The notes below the pieces were generated by a model. The model was given only the letters and a program-made list of their open reading frames with translations, was not told the origin of the DNA and ran no database searches. DNA of 64,000 nt from the human T2T-CHM13v2.0 reference genome, Homo sapiens, in NCBI RefSeq assembly GCF_009914755.1, contig NC_060928.1. One strand, given 5' to 3'. This document shows positions 1 through 18,800 of the stretch, piece after piece (position 1 is the stretch's first letter; every line of letters begins with the position of its first letter). The position numbers and the translations under genes are program-made.

Positions 1-75
1 TTAAATAGCCGACCCTGCTGCCTGCCTCTGGGGCATCAACCAAGAATTGAGAGCACTACACCCAAAAAGGACTGA
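1..75 (+). pseudogene. DEFB108F: 3' end of beta-defensin 108 paralog exon 2 (partial; coding status not determinable in this window)
   Basis: Frame 1 reads LNSRPCCLPLGHQPRIESTTPKKD* (TGA 73-75), the DEFB108 C-terminus with the terminal CC; AATAAA at 197-202. The paralog letter is inferred from the neighbouring DEFB131A-type sequence. Confidence 0.8.
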
Positions 76-196
76 AGCCTCTTGTTTTCTGGAGGTTTTA
101 TGTTTTCTTTTTTCTCTCTCCCTCTCCCTGTCTCCCTGTCTCCCTTTCCCTCTCTCCATTTTTCTCACAGGGATTTTTATTGAATCCTTAAAAAAG

Positions 197-202
197 AATA
201 AA
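197..202 (+). promoter_or_regulatory. Polyadenylation signal of the DEFB108 paralog
   Basis: AATAAA ~120 nt after the TGA stop. Confidence 0.6.
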
Positions 203-247
203 CCAAAACCAACCAGCACAAAACCTCTTTTAAAAGTTTATATTACT

Positions 248-656
<409 letters not shown>

Positions 657-1018
657 TCAACCATACCTATTGATTTGTCTAGCACTGTAACCCTTCACCC
701 TGCATGTGGGAAGACAACTCCGCTTTCTTACTGGGAAAATGCGCCATCCTATTCCATGCAGCCTTGCAGGGGTCTGTCTCTCCCTGATAAAGGTGCAGCA
801 CATGGGAAAATTGCACAATCACATCAAACAGACTTCACCAGAAATCTAAATTATAAAAAGAGTTGCACTCATATTAAAGGCAATTTCTTCACCACCCTTT
901 CCAGAGGCAATTCCCTGGGTCTGTACATGTATGCCTGGCCAAGATTCAGGGAATTCCTTTAGTTCCCAGCTTTCACTGGGCATAATCATTCAGCATTTTC
1001 TTCCATCTTTTAAAACAC

Positions 1019-1530
1019 TGCATTGGCTTCCTACGGCTGCTATCACAAATTACAACAAACTTAGTGGCTTAAAGCAACACAAATGCATTATCTGACAGTT
1101 CTATAGGCTGCAGGTTTCAGATGGATCTCAGTGGGCCAACATCAAGGTGTCAGCAGGGCTGAGCTTTCTTCTGGAAGCTCTGCAGTTTTCTTCCTGCACC
1201 TTTATCCCAGCAATGGCAGGTTACTCCTGGGCACCATAGCTTCCTTCATCCATTTTCAAAGCCAGCAACGGAGCGTTGAGTCCTCACATTCCATCATTCT
1301 GAATTCATCTTCTCCCAACTCTTCCATTTTTTAGGACTCATGATTAGGTTGGGCCCCCCTGGATAATCTAAGATAATCTCCCTATTTTAAGGTCAGCTGA
1401 TTAACAGCCTTAATTTCACATGAAACCTCAATTCCCCTTTGCCTTACAAGGTGGCACATCCACAGGACCCAGGAGTTAGAAAGTGGATAGCTTTGGCGGG
1501 AGACAGAGGGGACATTATTCTCCCTACAAC
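1019..1530 (-). mobile_element. MaLR solo LTR (MLT1C/D-like)
   Basis: ggctgctatcacaaattac...gtggcttaaagcaacac...cagttct...ggacattattctccctacaaca, typical of reverse-strand MLT1. Confidence 0.75.
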
Positions 1531-2029
1531 AGCCACTGAGTGCTTTTACCACCTGTCACAATTTTGCTCCATTTAGACACATCTTTGGTGGCTTTGTGTG
1601 AGGAGAATCTCATTCATAGAGTTTTCTTTTTTGTGTAAAGTAGTGGGGGGCCTCCCCTTGGTCATTGAAAGAGTATAGAATCAAGATATTTAAAAGTATA
1701 TTAGCTGGATTTTATTTTTCACTATGCCTGATTTGACCAAGAAACAATGTTAAGTTATGTCACATGGGCTACTTGAAATCTCAAAAAGTTCAAAACATTG
1801 GGTTCAAAATCTCAGAGATTGAGATATATTCCAACCAACTCAACCCTGTGGAAGTGCCAAGGTTTCCTCAGTGCCACGCTTGAAACTACATCACCAACTG
1901 ACCCTTTAATGTATTTTTGCACTATATAACATTTATTTCTTAGAGTAAGTCCTTCCCTAGAAAAGAAGCAGTTTGGACACATATATTATTAAAGCCGTCA
2001 CATAGAATATTATCCTCTCATTGCTAGAA

Positions 2030-4260
<2,231 letters not shown>

Positions 4261-4261
4261 A

Positions 4262-4672
4262 TATGCAGGATTAAAGATTAAAGACTGAAGTGTGAAACAC
4301 AAAACTATAAAAATCCTGGAAGACAACCTAGGCAATACCATTCAGGACATAGGCACGGGCAAAGATTTTATAACAATGACACCAAAAGCAATTGTGACAA
4401 AAGCAAAAATTGACGAATGGGATGTAATTAAAGTAAAGAGCTTCTGGACAGCAAAAGAAACTATTAACAGAGCAAAAAGACAACCTGCAGAATGGGAGAA
4501 CATTTTTGCAAGCTATGCATTCGACAAAGATCCAATATACAGCATCTACAAGGAACTTAAACAAATTTACAAAAAAAAAAAACTTTAAAAAGTAGGCAAA
4601 GACATGAACAGACACTTCTCAAAAGAAGACACACATGCTGCCAATAATCTTATGAAAAAAAAAGCTCAAGCG
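4262..4672 (+). mobile_element. L1PA ORF2 fragment
   Basis: ORF 4292-4588 [23 protein letters not shown]...WENIFASY is L1 ORF2 C-terminal region. Confidence 0.9.
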
Positions 4673-4674
4673 TC

Positions 4675-6760
4675 ATGAGGGATTATGACAGACAGGAGGC
4701 AGAACTAGATGGCAGCTCTGGACAGAGCAGCATGCGGAGGCTTGCATTGTGAATTTTAGCTCCAGATGGACTGCAAGAGCAGACCAGCAATCCTGACAGG
4801 ACCCACAGACCCTCCGAAGGAAGCAGACTGCTCTTGCAGGACCTGGGAGACACCCCAAATACTTTAAGTCCCCTAACCACGGAAATGGGAAAGGGAGACC
4901 CTCGTCTCATGAACACACACCCGCACTGGAGAAGCTGAAAGTCTGTTTGTGGGAGAAGTTCCTCACTTCACCTGGAGCTGAGTCAAGTTAGAGAGCCGAG
5001 CTGAGCAACATACAGGAGTAGAGGAAGTAGCACAAAGGCACTGGAAGGCCGCTGGATCCCCAAGTAGCCCATTCCTGCCTGGCACCACAGGCATCCATCA
5101 GGAGGGTGGCCAGAGGAGCAGGGGGTAAAACTTCACAGGGAGAAGGACTTCTCTAGCTGAACTTTGTAAAAAATTGAATGCGGCAAGAAGCCTCCTGGCC
5201 AGAACTCGGGGGAGGGCGTGAATCCGGCTTGCAGACTTCACAGGCGGGGTAAGAACTGAGGCCCATTTCTTTGTCAGTCGGGAGGTAGAAAGCCTCAGAT
5301 AAGTTTTCAAGCCAAATTCGCCTTTGGCCTGGAAACAGACTCCGGGCTATCGCAAGGGGCATTGTGGGAGTGAGACCCGCCTTTCAGCGTGCCTGGAAGC
5401 TAGCTTTCCCCCACTTCCCTGACAACCTGCATGACTCAGCAGAGGCAGCCATAATCCTTCTAGGTACACAACTCCAGTGACCTGGGAATCTCACCTCCAT
5501 CCCCCACAGCAGCCAAAATAAGACCCCCCCAAGGAGAGTCTGAGCTCAGGCACGCCTAGCCCTGCCCCCACCTGATGGTCCTTCCATATCCACCCTGGTA
5601 GCAGAAGACAAAGAACATATGATCTTTGGAGTTCTGGAGCCCTGCCCACCACTGGTCCCTCTCCACAGTGTCCGGAATTGGTGGGTTCTTGGTCTCGCTG
5701 AGTTTAAGAATGAAGCCGCAGACCCTCCTGGTGAGTGTTAACAGTTCTTAAAGATGGTGTGTCCAGAGTTGCTCATTCCTCCCAGTGGGTTCATGGTCTG
5801 GCTGGCCTCAGAAGTGAAGTTGCAGACCTTTGCAGTGAGTGTTACAGCTCTTAAAAGTGGCGTGGACCAAAAGGTGAGCAGCAGCAAGCTATACTGCAAA
5901 AAGCGAAAGAACAAAGTTCCCACATCATGGAAGGGGACCCAACCCTGTTGAGCTGTGGGCTCTGGTGGCCTGCTTTTATTCCCTTGTCTGGCCCCACCCA
6001 CATCCTGCTGATTGGTCCATTTTACAGAGAGCTGATTGGTCCGTTTTGACAGAGTGCTGACTGGTGCATTTACAAACCTTTAGCTAGACACAGAGTGCTG
6101 ATTGGTGCATTTACAATCCTTTAGCTGGACACAAAAGTTCTTCAAGTCCCCCACCAGATTAGCTAGACCCAGAGAGCTGATTGGTGCGTTTACAAAGTTT
6201 TAGTTAGACACAGAGTGCTGATTGGTGCATTTACAATCCTTTAGCTAGACACAAAAGATCTCCAAGTCCCCAGCCGGCCCAGAAGCCCAGCCGGCTTCAC
6301 CTCTTGATGGCACTCGCCAGACAGGACTTTGCAGCACCCAGCCCTGGCACTCCAGCAGCCTAGAGAGAGCTCATCCCCTGGTCAAGCCCAGCAGGCACTG
6401 GCCAGCCGCCCCAAGTGTGGGGCCCGCTGAGCCCGCGCCCACCCTGAACCTGCACCAGCCCACAAGGGCCACACACAGCCCCGGCTCCCACCAGGGCCTC
6501 TCCCTCCACAACCTGCGAGCAGAGGGAGCCAGCTCCGGCCTTGAACAGCCCCAGAGAGGGGCCCCCACAGTGCAGCGGCGGGCTGAATGGCTCCTTGAGT
6601 GCAACCAGAGTGGACATCGAGGCCAAGGAAGTGCTGAGAGCCAGCGAGGGCTGCTAGCATGTTGTCATCTCTCAACACTACTACAGCGCATGCTTCCTGG
6701 AAAGCGCCACCTCCCAGCAGGAGGCCCATCAGCACAAAAAATAGAGCCTTAAACCACCAA
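4675..6760 (+). mobile_element. L1PB-type 5' UTR, split by an LTR12 insertion
   Basis: ggacagagcagcatgcggaggcttgcattgtgaattttagctccaga...ggacccacagaccctc; sequence resumes after the LTR (acactactacagc). Confidence 0.7.
5669..6674 (-). mobile_element. LTR12 (ERV9) solo LTR
   Basis: TG...CA ends (tgtccggaattggtgggttcttggtctc ... gttgtcatctctca); six tandem gctga(t/c)tggt motifs (CCAAT on - strand) at 6007-6230; AATAAAAG TATA-like box ~5975; 4-bp flanks acag/acac. Confidence 0.93.
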
Positions 6761-6764
6761 AATG

Positions 6765-7330
6765 GTGGAGGCAGTTTGAAAAACAGGTGGGCAGTTCTTA
6801 AAGAATGAAAAATAGAGTTACCGTATAACCCAGCAATTCCACTCTTAGGTATATACTTAAGAAAATAGTTTGTACCTAAGAGTTGAAAAATTCTCAGTGA
6901 ATTCTCATAGCAGCATTATTCATAATAGCAAAAAAGCTGAAATAACCCAAATGCCCATCAGCTGATAAATATATAAACACAATGTGGTATATTTATATAA
7001 TACAGTAATATTTATTGATAGAAGGAATGAAATAGCTATATATCCTACAACTTGGATGACCTTGAAAAATTATGCTAAGTTATGGAAGGCAGACACAAAT
7101 GGGTATATATTTTATAATTCTAGTTATGTAATGTCCAGAATAGTCAAATCTATAGGGATAGAAAACAAATTAGTAGTTTCTGGGGATTAGAGAAGGAGTT
7201 TCTTTTTGGGGTGATGGAAAGGTTTTGGAATTAAATAGTGGTGATGGCTGCACAACATTGTAAATATACTAACATCTATTAAATTAAACAAATCAAAATG
7301 GTTAAAATAGTGAATATTTTGTTATGTGAA
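6765..7330 (+). mobile_element. L1MB/MC 3' end
   Basis: cccagcaattccactcttagg...ggatgaccttgaaaattatgctaag...gtggtgatggctgcacaacattgtaaat. Confidence 0.8.
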
Positions 7331-7714
7331 CATTATCTTAATAAAAATTGTTTTGATAAATGTGATGTTTTGGAGTGTCCCTTTTTATTTGTTTTGTTAG
7401 AAGAGGTTGGATATAATTACAATTTTTTAAATTTCTGAAATGTTGTTGAAAATATAAGTTAAGTGCCCTCTTTTTTGGGAGGTTATTGATTACAGAATTA
7501 GTTGTTTTATTGATTACAGAATTATTTGCTTTATTAATTCAGGAAAACATTCTTATTTTCTGTTTCATCTTGAGTTAATTTTGTCAAGTTTCTTTAATGG
7601 TTTTGCATATTTAAAGGTGCTTCCTTTTTTCCTGTTATTTTTATTTGTGCATTTTATTTTCTTTGTAATTCATACTGCAAAGACTGAGATGTTTCGGTTT
7701 TCTATTATTATTTT

Positions 7715-7765
7715 CTTCTGAGATCAGATGAGATCAGGAGTGTTCATGATGGTATTGCCAAAGAC
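7715..7765 (-). pseudogene. 5S rRNA pseudogene fragment (first ~51 nt, tailless retrocopy)
   Basis: Reverse complement GTCTTTGGCAATACCATCATGAACACTCCTGATCTCATCTGATCTCAGAAG aligns without gaps to the 5' end of human 5S (GTCTACGGCCATACCACCCTGAACGCGCCCGATCTCGTCTGATCTCGGAAG); 13-bp TSD attattattttct at 7704-7716 and 7771-7783. Confidence 0.88.
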
Positions 7766-8309
7766 TCACCATTATTATTTTCTAATATCAGCATTTATGA
7801 CTCTGAATTTCCTCTTGAATATTGTACCAATGGAATCCAAAAAGTTTTAATAAGTAATATTTTAATTTCAATATATTTTATTCACTAAGACTTTTTTCTT
7901 CAATCAACTGGGTTTTAGAACCGTTTCTTATAATTTCATATCAGTGTGATAAATGAACACTTTCTGTAGAGTGTCAGTTATTTGACTTTGTTAAGATTTG
8001 GCATGTAGAACAAATCGTTATATGGTCAATATTTGTGCATATTCAATATGTCCTATTAAAATTGTATTCTGTAGTTGTTGAAGTTCTTTGTAATTATTCA
8101 CTTCATAAAAATAGTAAATTTTTATTAACATCCAATGTATTGTTAATGTTTAAAGTCTTCTTTCTTTGAATGACTAAGAAAAATAAGTTATAATCTCCCG
8201 CTATAGTTCGGAATTTTTTCATTTTTCCTTGTAGGTTGCTTAATTTTTGTTTTATAAATTTGATGCTATGTTATTTAAGTGCACATGTTTTGATGTATAT
8301 ATTTTCCTG

Positions 8310-11189
<2,880 letters not shown>

Positions 11190-11190
<1 letters not shown>

Positions 11191-11352
11191 TCTGGGATTA
11201 CAGGCATCGGCCACCATGCCCAGCTAATTTTCTATTTTTGATACACACAGGATTTCTCCATGTTGGTCAGGCTGCTCTCGAACTCCTGACCTCAGGTGAT
11301 CCGCCCGCTTCGGCCTCCCAAAGTGCTGGGATTACAGGTGAGCAACTGGGCC
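11190..11352 (-). mobile_element. Partial Alu (left arm)
   Basis: ctgggattacaggc...ctcgaactcctgacctcaggtgatccgcccgc...gggattacaggtgagc. Confidence 0.85.
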
Positions 11353-11429
11353 CAACCTAAATCACATCTCATCTTTATACACTGTATGATCACCAACATA
11401 GGTTTATATTTATTGCTTTATGCATTGAC

Positions 11430-13487
11430 TTTCTTTTTATTGTATTTAAGATATACAATATTATATTTGTGTATATATACATATACATATATACTTAGGG
11501 CAATGATTGCCATAATCAAGCAAATTAACATATCCATCATCTCACATAGTTACTTTTTTGTGGTAAAAGTATCTAAAATCTACTCTGGGCAAATTTCTGG
11601 AGTATGATACATTATTAACTACAGCTCTTGTGTTGTACATGAGATCTCTAGGGTTATTTATTTTATGTAGCTGAAACTTGTACCCTTTGGCTTTCATCTT
11701 CCATCTTCCACACACCTCCCACCTCTTTCTAACCTTTCTATTTCTTAGGGCTTTTGTGGGGCTTTTTTGTTTAGGGTCTACCTACAAATGAGATAATGCA
11801 GTATTTTTCTTTCTGTGCCTGATTTATTATTAGCATAATGTCTTCTAGGTTCATCCATGTTGATGCAAATGAAAGAAACTTCTTTACAAAACTGAGTGAT
11901 ATTTTATTATGTATATAATTCCTTTATCCATCTGTTCATAAACACTTAGGTTTTTTCAATAGCTTGGGTATTGTGAGTAATGCTGCAATGTGATGTGCAG
12001 TTGTTTTTAAATCAGAAGAAAAGAGGATATTGCTTATATATACTAAAGTTACCTTTATTAAAGTTATACACACACTCTCACCAGCATTTTTACTCCTTTA
12101 TGTGTTTGAAATTACTATATAATGTTCTTTCATTTCAGCCCAAATAACTCCTCATAGAATTTTTTGTCATCCCACTGCATTCTTAAAAGAGGTCAGCTGT
12201 AAATTTACTGTGAATCACTAATAACTGATCTTCCCTTATCTGCAATTTTACTTTCCATGGCTTCAGTTACCTATGGTCAACTTTCACCTGAAAATATTAA
12301 ATGGAAAATTTCAGAAATAAACAATTTTCAGTTGCATGCCGTTCGAGTAGCATGATGAAATCTCATGCTATCTGGCTTCATCTCACTTGGGATGTGAACC
12401 ATTCCTTTGTCCGGAATATTCATCCTGTATATGCTACTGACCCATTAGTCAATTAGCACCTGTCCTGGTTATCAGATTGACTGTTACACTATCACAGTCC
12501 TGTATGCAAGTAACCCTAATTTTACTTAATAATGGCCCCAAAATGCAAGAGTACTCCCCCTAATTTATATATTAAAATTATCAAATTTTAAACTTTGATT
12601 AAATGTTATTGTAAGTATGTATTAAAAAACATAATATGTGTATGATTCAATACTATCCATGGTTTCAGGCATTCACTAGGAGTTTTGAAATGTATCCCTC
12701 ATGGATATGAAGGAACTACTATAAATGATAAGTCTCTTCTCTCCTACTGTTTTCAAGATTTACTCTTTGGCTTTGGATTTGAGCCATTTGGTTATGATAT
12801 GTCTTCAGGTGGTCTCTTTGAGTTTATCCATCTGGAGTACATTGAGCTTATTGTACATGTAGATTAAATTTTTCATAAAATTTGGTAAGTATTAGACAAT
12901 TATATCTTCAAATATATTTTCTGTACCTTTCTCTCTCTCTTTTCTTTTTGGAATTTCCATTATGCATATGTTGATATCTTGAGGGTGTTCCACAGTTCTA
13001 TTAGGCTCCATTTATTATTCTTCATTCTTTTCTCTAACTGAGATTTTCTCTAAATGGGTAATCTCAATTGACCTATTTTCATGTTCACTAATTTTTTGTA
13101 CCTCCTCAAATCTGCTGTTTAGCCCTCTAGAGCATTTTTCATTTCCATTACTTTATCTTTCAACTCCAGAATTTCTATTTGATTTCTATTTAAAAGAACA
13201 TTATAAAATAAATAATTTTTTAAAAAAAATTATTGATAGTCTCTATTTTGTGAGATATCATTCTCATGTTTTTTTAAAAAAATTGTCTCTTATTGATATT
13301 CTCTATTTTTGTGAGATATCATTCTCAGGTTTCTCTTTAGTTCTTTAGATGTCGTTTCCTTTAGCTCTTTGAACATATCTAAAATAGTTGATTTAAAGTC
13401 TGATTCTATTAAGGCCAATGTCTGGATCTCCTCAGGGGTAGTTTTTATTAACTGCATTTTTTCTTTTCCATGTGCCATACTTTCTTC

Positions 13488-13522
<35 letters not shown>

Positions 13523-14480
13523 TATATCTCCTACTTTTTTTGAATACCAGATATTTCAAACATGATAAAGTGGACACTCTAGAAATAAGATTCTCCCTCC
13601 TCCCCACGTTGTACTCCTCGTTGTAGTTATTTGTTTGTTTAGTATCTTTTCTGAATAAACTTTGTGGTCTCTATTTTTTGTCACCTATGTAGATTAAAAT
13701 ATTTTTTCCATTAGCTTAGAGGTCAGCTAATAATTTGACAAAGATTTCCATATGTGCTTGGAACTTGCAGAGGGGCTTTGTGTATGTGTTGGGCCCTGCT
13801 TTCAACACTCAGCCAGACAGTTTTCAACTCTGTTTGGCCTACATTTTCTGCTTGTGCAGGGAAGGTAGAAATTTCCCAGGTTTTTACTGAACATGCACAC
13901 AGCCTTGACATACACAGTTTGCAAATTCTCAGAAATATGTTGAAGCTTTTCAAAGCCCATATTCCCCAAAGCATCTCATTCCCAGTACTTTCTCTCAAGA
14001 TTTTTGTTTAGTCTATTGTTTTCCCCAGTGTTCAGGCAGCAGTATTTATAATGTTTTTCAATAAATGTTTTCTAACACCGGCCCACACCAAGTAGCAGCT
14101 TTACCACTGCGTGAAGTCCAGATTAGGTGAAAAAACAAGGCTTTTGAGAATATATTTGAGGGAGTCAACAGGCAGATCAATTTTTCATGAATGAGGTCCA
14201 TTCTGTTTTTCTGGCACTGGTATTAAGAATCTGGGCATTATTTTCAAGCCTGCTGCTTCTCTGAGAAGAATGGAAACAGGGTAAGTGAAAAACCACAAAT
14301 CGATATTCTTACTGAGATGAGATATTTTGCTAGAATTAGCACTCCCTAGATTGCTAAAAACCTTAGGTTAGTTTTCAGAGTTCTAAAAAGCTTTATTTTG
14401 ACAGTTGTTGCCAGTTTTCTAGTATATTTTATAAAGAGATAAAATTTTGAACATTTTTATTCCATTTTTGCTGATGTCAC
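11430..14480 (-). mobile_element. Old L1MA/L1MC fragments (3' end and ORF1 region)
   Basis: L1MA 3' end motifs at 11430-11990; reverse ORF 13290-13607 resembles L1M ORF1 (ESDFKSTILDMFKELKE). Confidence 0.65.
12222..12720 (+). mobile_element. MER44 (Tigger7-derived DNA transposon)
   Basis: cccttatctgc...ttcagttacc...gaaaatattaaatggaaaatttcagaaataaacaatt...aataatggccccaaa...ggtttcaggcattcact...ggatatgaaggaactact. Confidence 0.8.
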
Positions 14481-14949
14481 TACACCACAACCTTTTTATT
14501 AAACTATTTGTACCATAAAATTTATTCATTATACTATTATTATTACTTATTAGTCACAACAATTCCCAATATTAAAAATGAAGGACATTAAAATTCTGGC
14601 AGTTTTAGTCAAGAGCATAATGGATTGAACCAAGTAAAACTGACATTTTTGAAACTGAAAAAAATTATAGCTACAGTGGCACATTGTATTTTTCAAAAAT
14701 GCGTTTCCAAAAGTTGTAGTTTTCTAAAAATATGTATTCCATCTCACAAGAACTTTTTATAATGTAACATTGATAATCCTCCACTGAGAGGTGAAGTCTA
14801 TGTTCCCTCTGCTTGATCTGAGGCAAACCTTTGTAACTGCCTTAACTAATAAATACAGTGCAGACGATGCTTTCTGACTTCTCATGCTACATAATAAAAG
14901 GTTATATGACTTCTGTTTGTATCTCCCTCTCCAGAACCACTAGTTGAAA

Positions 14950-17240
14950 GACTGGAAATCTTAGCCAGAGCAATCAGGTAAGAGAAAGAAATAAAAGGCA
15001 TCCAACTAGAAACAGAGGAAGTCAAACTATCTCTCTTCAGAGATGATATGACTCTATAATGAGAAATTTCCATAGTCTCTGCCCAAAGGCCATAGACCTG
15101 ATAATCAGTAAAGTTTAGGGATGCAAAATCAATGTATAAAAAATCAATATCATTTCTATACACCAAGCTGCGAGCCACACCAAGAACAAAATCCCATTAA
15201 TAACAGCTGGAAGAAAAAATAAAAATACCTAGGAATACAGCTAACCAGGATGATGAAAGATCTCTAAGTGAGAATTATAAAACAATGCTGAAAGAAATCA
15301 GGGATGACACAAACAAATGAAAAAACATTCTATGCTCATGGATAGGAAGAATCAATATTGTTAAAATGGCCATACTGCTCAAAGCAATTTACGGATTCAG
15401 TGCTATTCCTATCAAACTATTAATGACATGTTTACAGAGTTGGAAAAACTATTTTAAAACTCATATGAGACCAAAAAAAAAAAAAAAGAGTCTGATGAGT
15501 GAAAGTAATCCTAAGCAAAAAAGAACAACACTGGAGGCATCACACTACCTGACTTCAAACTATAAGACAAAGTTGCAGAAACCAAAACAACATGGGACTG
15601 GTACAAAAGCAGACACATGGACCATCGGAACAGAATCTCTATTCCAGAGATAAAGATTGCTGTAACACAGAAATAAAGCTGCACACCTATAAACATCTGC
15701 TCTTTGACAAAGTTGACAAAAATAAACAATGGGGAAAAGACTCCCTGTTCAATAAATGGTGCGGAGATAGCTGGCTAGCCATATGTAGAAGGATAAAACT
15801 GAATGCCTACCTTTCACCATATACAAAAAACTAACTCAAGATGGATTGAAGATTTCAATGTAAGACCTCAAACTATAAGAATTCTAGAAGAAAATCTAGG
15901 AAACATCATTTTTGACATTGGCCTTGGGAAATAATGCATGACTAAGTCCTCAAAAGCAACTGCAACAAAAACAAAAATTGACAAGTGCAGCCAAATTAAA
16001 CTAAAGAGCTTCTGCAGAGAAAAAAAAAAAACTATTAACAGAGTAAACAGCAAACTACAGAATGGGAGAAAATATTTGCAAACCATGCATCTGACAAAAG
16101 TCTAATATCCAGAATCTATAAGGAATTTAAGTCAACAAGCAAAAACTGAAACCTTTATTTAAAAATTTGGAAAACATGGACACTTCTCAAAAACAGACAT
16201 ACAGAGAGACACCCAACATATTTTTAAAAATGCCCAATATCACTAATAACTAGAGAAATGCAAATCAAAACCACAATAAGATCCCCTCTCACACCAGTCA
16301 GAATAGATATTATTAAGTCAAAAAATAACAGACCCTGGTGAGGCTTTGGAGAAAAGGGAATGCTTATACACTGTTAGCACAAATATAAATTAGTTCAGCT
16401 ATAGTGGAAAGTAGCCTGAAGATTTCTCAAAACACTTAAAATAGAAGCACTATTTGACACAGCAATCCCATTACTTAGTATATATCTAAAGGAATATCAA
16501 TTATTCCACCATAAAGATACATGCATGTGTATGTTCATTGCAGCATTATTCACAATAGTAAAGACATGGAATCAACCTAGATGCCCATCAACAGTGGACT
16601 AGATAAAGAAAATATGGCATATATGCGCCACAGAATACTATGCAGCCATGAAAAAGAAAAATCATGTCCCTTGCAGCAGCATGGATGCAGCTGGAGGCCA
16701 TTATTCTAACCAAATTAACACAGAAACAGAAAGCCAAATACCATATAATCTTACTTAAAAGTGGAAGCTATTGGGAGGCTGAGGCAGGCAGATCACGAGG
16801 TCAGGAGATTGAGACCATCCTGGCTAACATGGTGAAACCCTGTCTCTACTAAAAATACAAAAAATTAGCTGTGCCTGGTGGCACACACCTGTAGTACCAG
16901 CTACTCAGGAAGCTGAGGCAGGAGAATCGCTTGGACCTAGGAGGCGGAGATTGCAGTGAGCCGAGATCATGCCGCTGCCCTCCAGCCTGGGCAACAGAGC
17001 AAGATTCTGTCTCAAAAAAAAAAAAAAAAGTGGAAGCTAAACACTGAATACACAGAGACACAAAGAAGGGAACAACAGACACTAAGGCCTACCTGGGGAT
17101 GGAGGGTGGGAGGAGGGTGAGGATTGAAAATCTACCTATTGAGTAATATGCTGAATACCTGGGAAAATTATCTGTATACTAAACCCCCAGGACACACAAT
17201 TTATCCATGTAACAAACCTGCGCATGAACCACTTGAATTA
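14950..17240 (+). mobile_element. L1PA15/16-like 3' ~2.3 kb (ORF2 C-terminus and 3' UTR)
   Basis: ORF pieces [18 protein letters not shown] and [13 protein letters not shown]; 3' UTR ggagggtgaggattgaaaa...aacaaacctgc. Confidence 0.9.
16771..17028 (+). mobile_element. 5'-truncated Alu (Sc-like) inside L1
   Basis: Alu body and A-tail; TSD aaaagtggaagcta on both sides. Confidence 0.93.
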
Positions 17241-18075
17241 GTTACATAAACAAGAATGAGGGCATAAAAAAAAAAAGACTTAGCGCCTTTGTCAAAATCA
17301 CTGAGCATGGATAAATATATATGGTCTTACCCATATACAGACCATTCATATGATGGTCTTATCCTTGACTCTCTATTATGTTCTGTTGAACTATATGTCT
17401 CTCCTTATTCCAGTATCACAGTGTCTTTATTATTGTAGCTTTGTCTTGAAACAAGGTAGTCTAAATTCTCGGGCTTTGTTCTACTTTTCCAAAAATATTT
17501 TGAATATTAGTCTTTTGGAACATTTATGCAAACCTAAAATTATTAAGGCATAAATTATTAATGAAGAAATAAATTAGCAAATGCTCATAAATACATCAGC
17601 TAACATGAAAATGATCAAAAGTAGTCAAATAAATGCTATATAAAAGTTATATTATATATGTATATAGAATTTTTCAAAAAAGACTGACACGATATATGAA
17701 AGTTTACAAATTTAAAAAAATATCAATTCAGGGAAGTATGCCAATAAGAAATTGAACAGAAGGCATATTTGTTTTGGGTAAGTTGGATTTTGGTCAATTG
17801 ATTCTTGATTAAAGGCATGCTCTTAAGCTTTCAATATCTTGTTGCTATGTGGTGGGTTAGGGTGAAAGGTTAGGGGAATCTGTTTAAGGTATAGGCTCAG
17901 AGTCTTTTGACAGGAGCTGCGCACTTTACTCTGTCTTTTATCTTTCAACTGTCCTGATCTTACTTGTCTTGTTGTATGAGATAATTATACAAAGGATCCA
18001 TAACGATGAAAAAATATTTGTTTTCAATGTGAATTAAATGTCTCCACCTTTCAGATGTGATTAAGAACACCTCAG

Positions 18076-18416
<341 letters not shown>

Positions 18417-18790
18417 GCTTTTCATGAATGGACCTTAGACAATACTCTTGTCCCTCTTGCAAAAAAAAAAAAAAAAAACAAAAAAAAACAGTGTATTATG
18501 GAAATGTTTCCTTACAAGCCCTAGGACTTTTGCAATAAGGATGTTCTGTACCCACATGGCTTTACTTCTTGGCCCCATTCAAAGAAGAAAATTAACTAAA
18601 GGTATTAATTAACCTCTGGTGAAATTGAGAGCCATAGAAAAAGGAAAGGGTTAGCCATCTGGTTTCCTACAATTAGGTTAATTTGTCACCAAATTTAGAG
18701 ACCTTCGAGTTTGGAAATATTCCAACGGAAGCTGTTTTATTTCCTTTCTGTTAAGCTTCACTGAGCAAGAGGAACCTCAGGCCCCCAGAA

Positions 18791-18800
18791 TTAAATAAAA
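18791..18800 (+). promoter_or_regulatory. TATA-like box upstream of DEFB130 exon 1
   Basis: ttaaataaaa ~55-60 nt before the mutated start codon. Confidence 0.45.
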
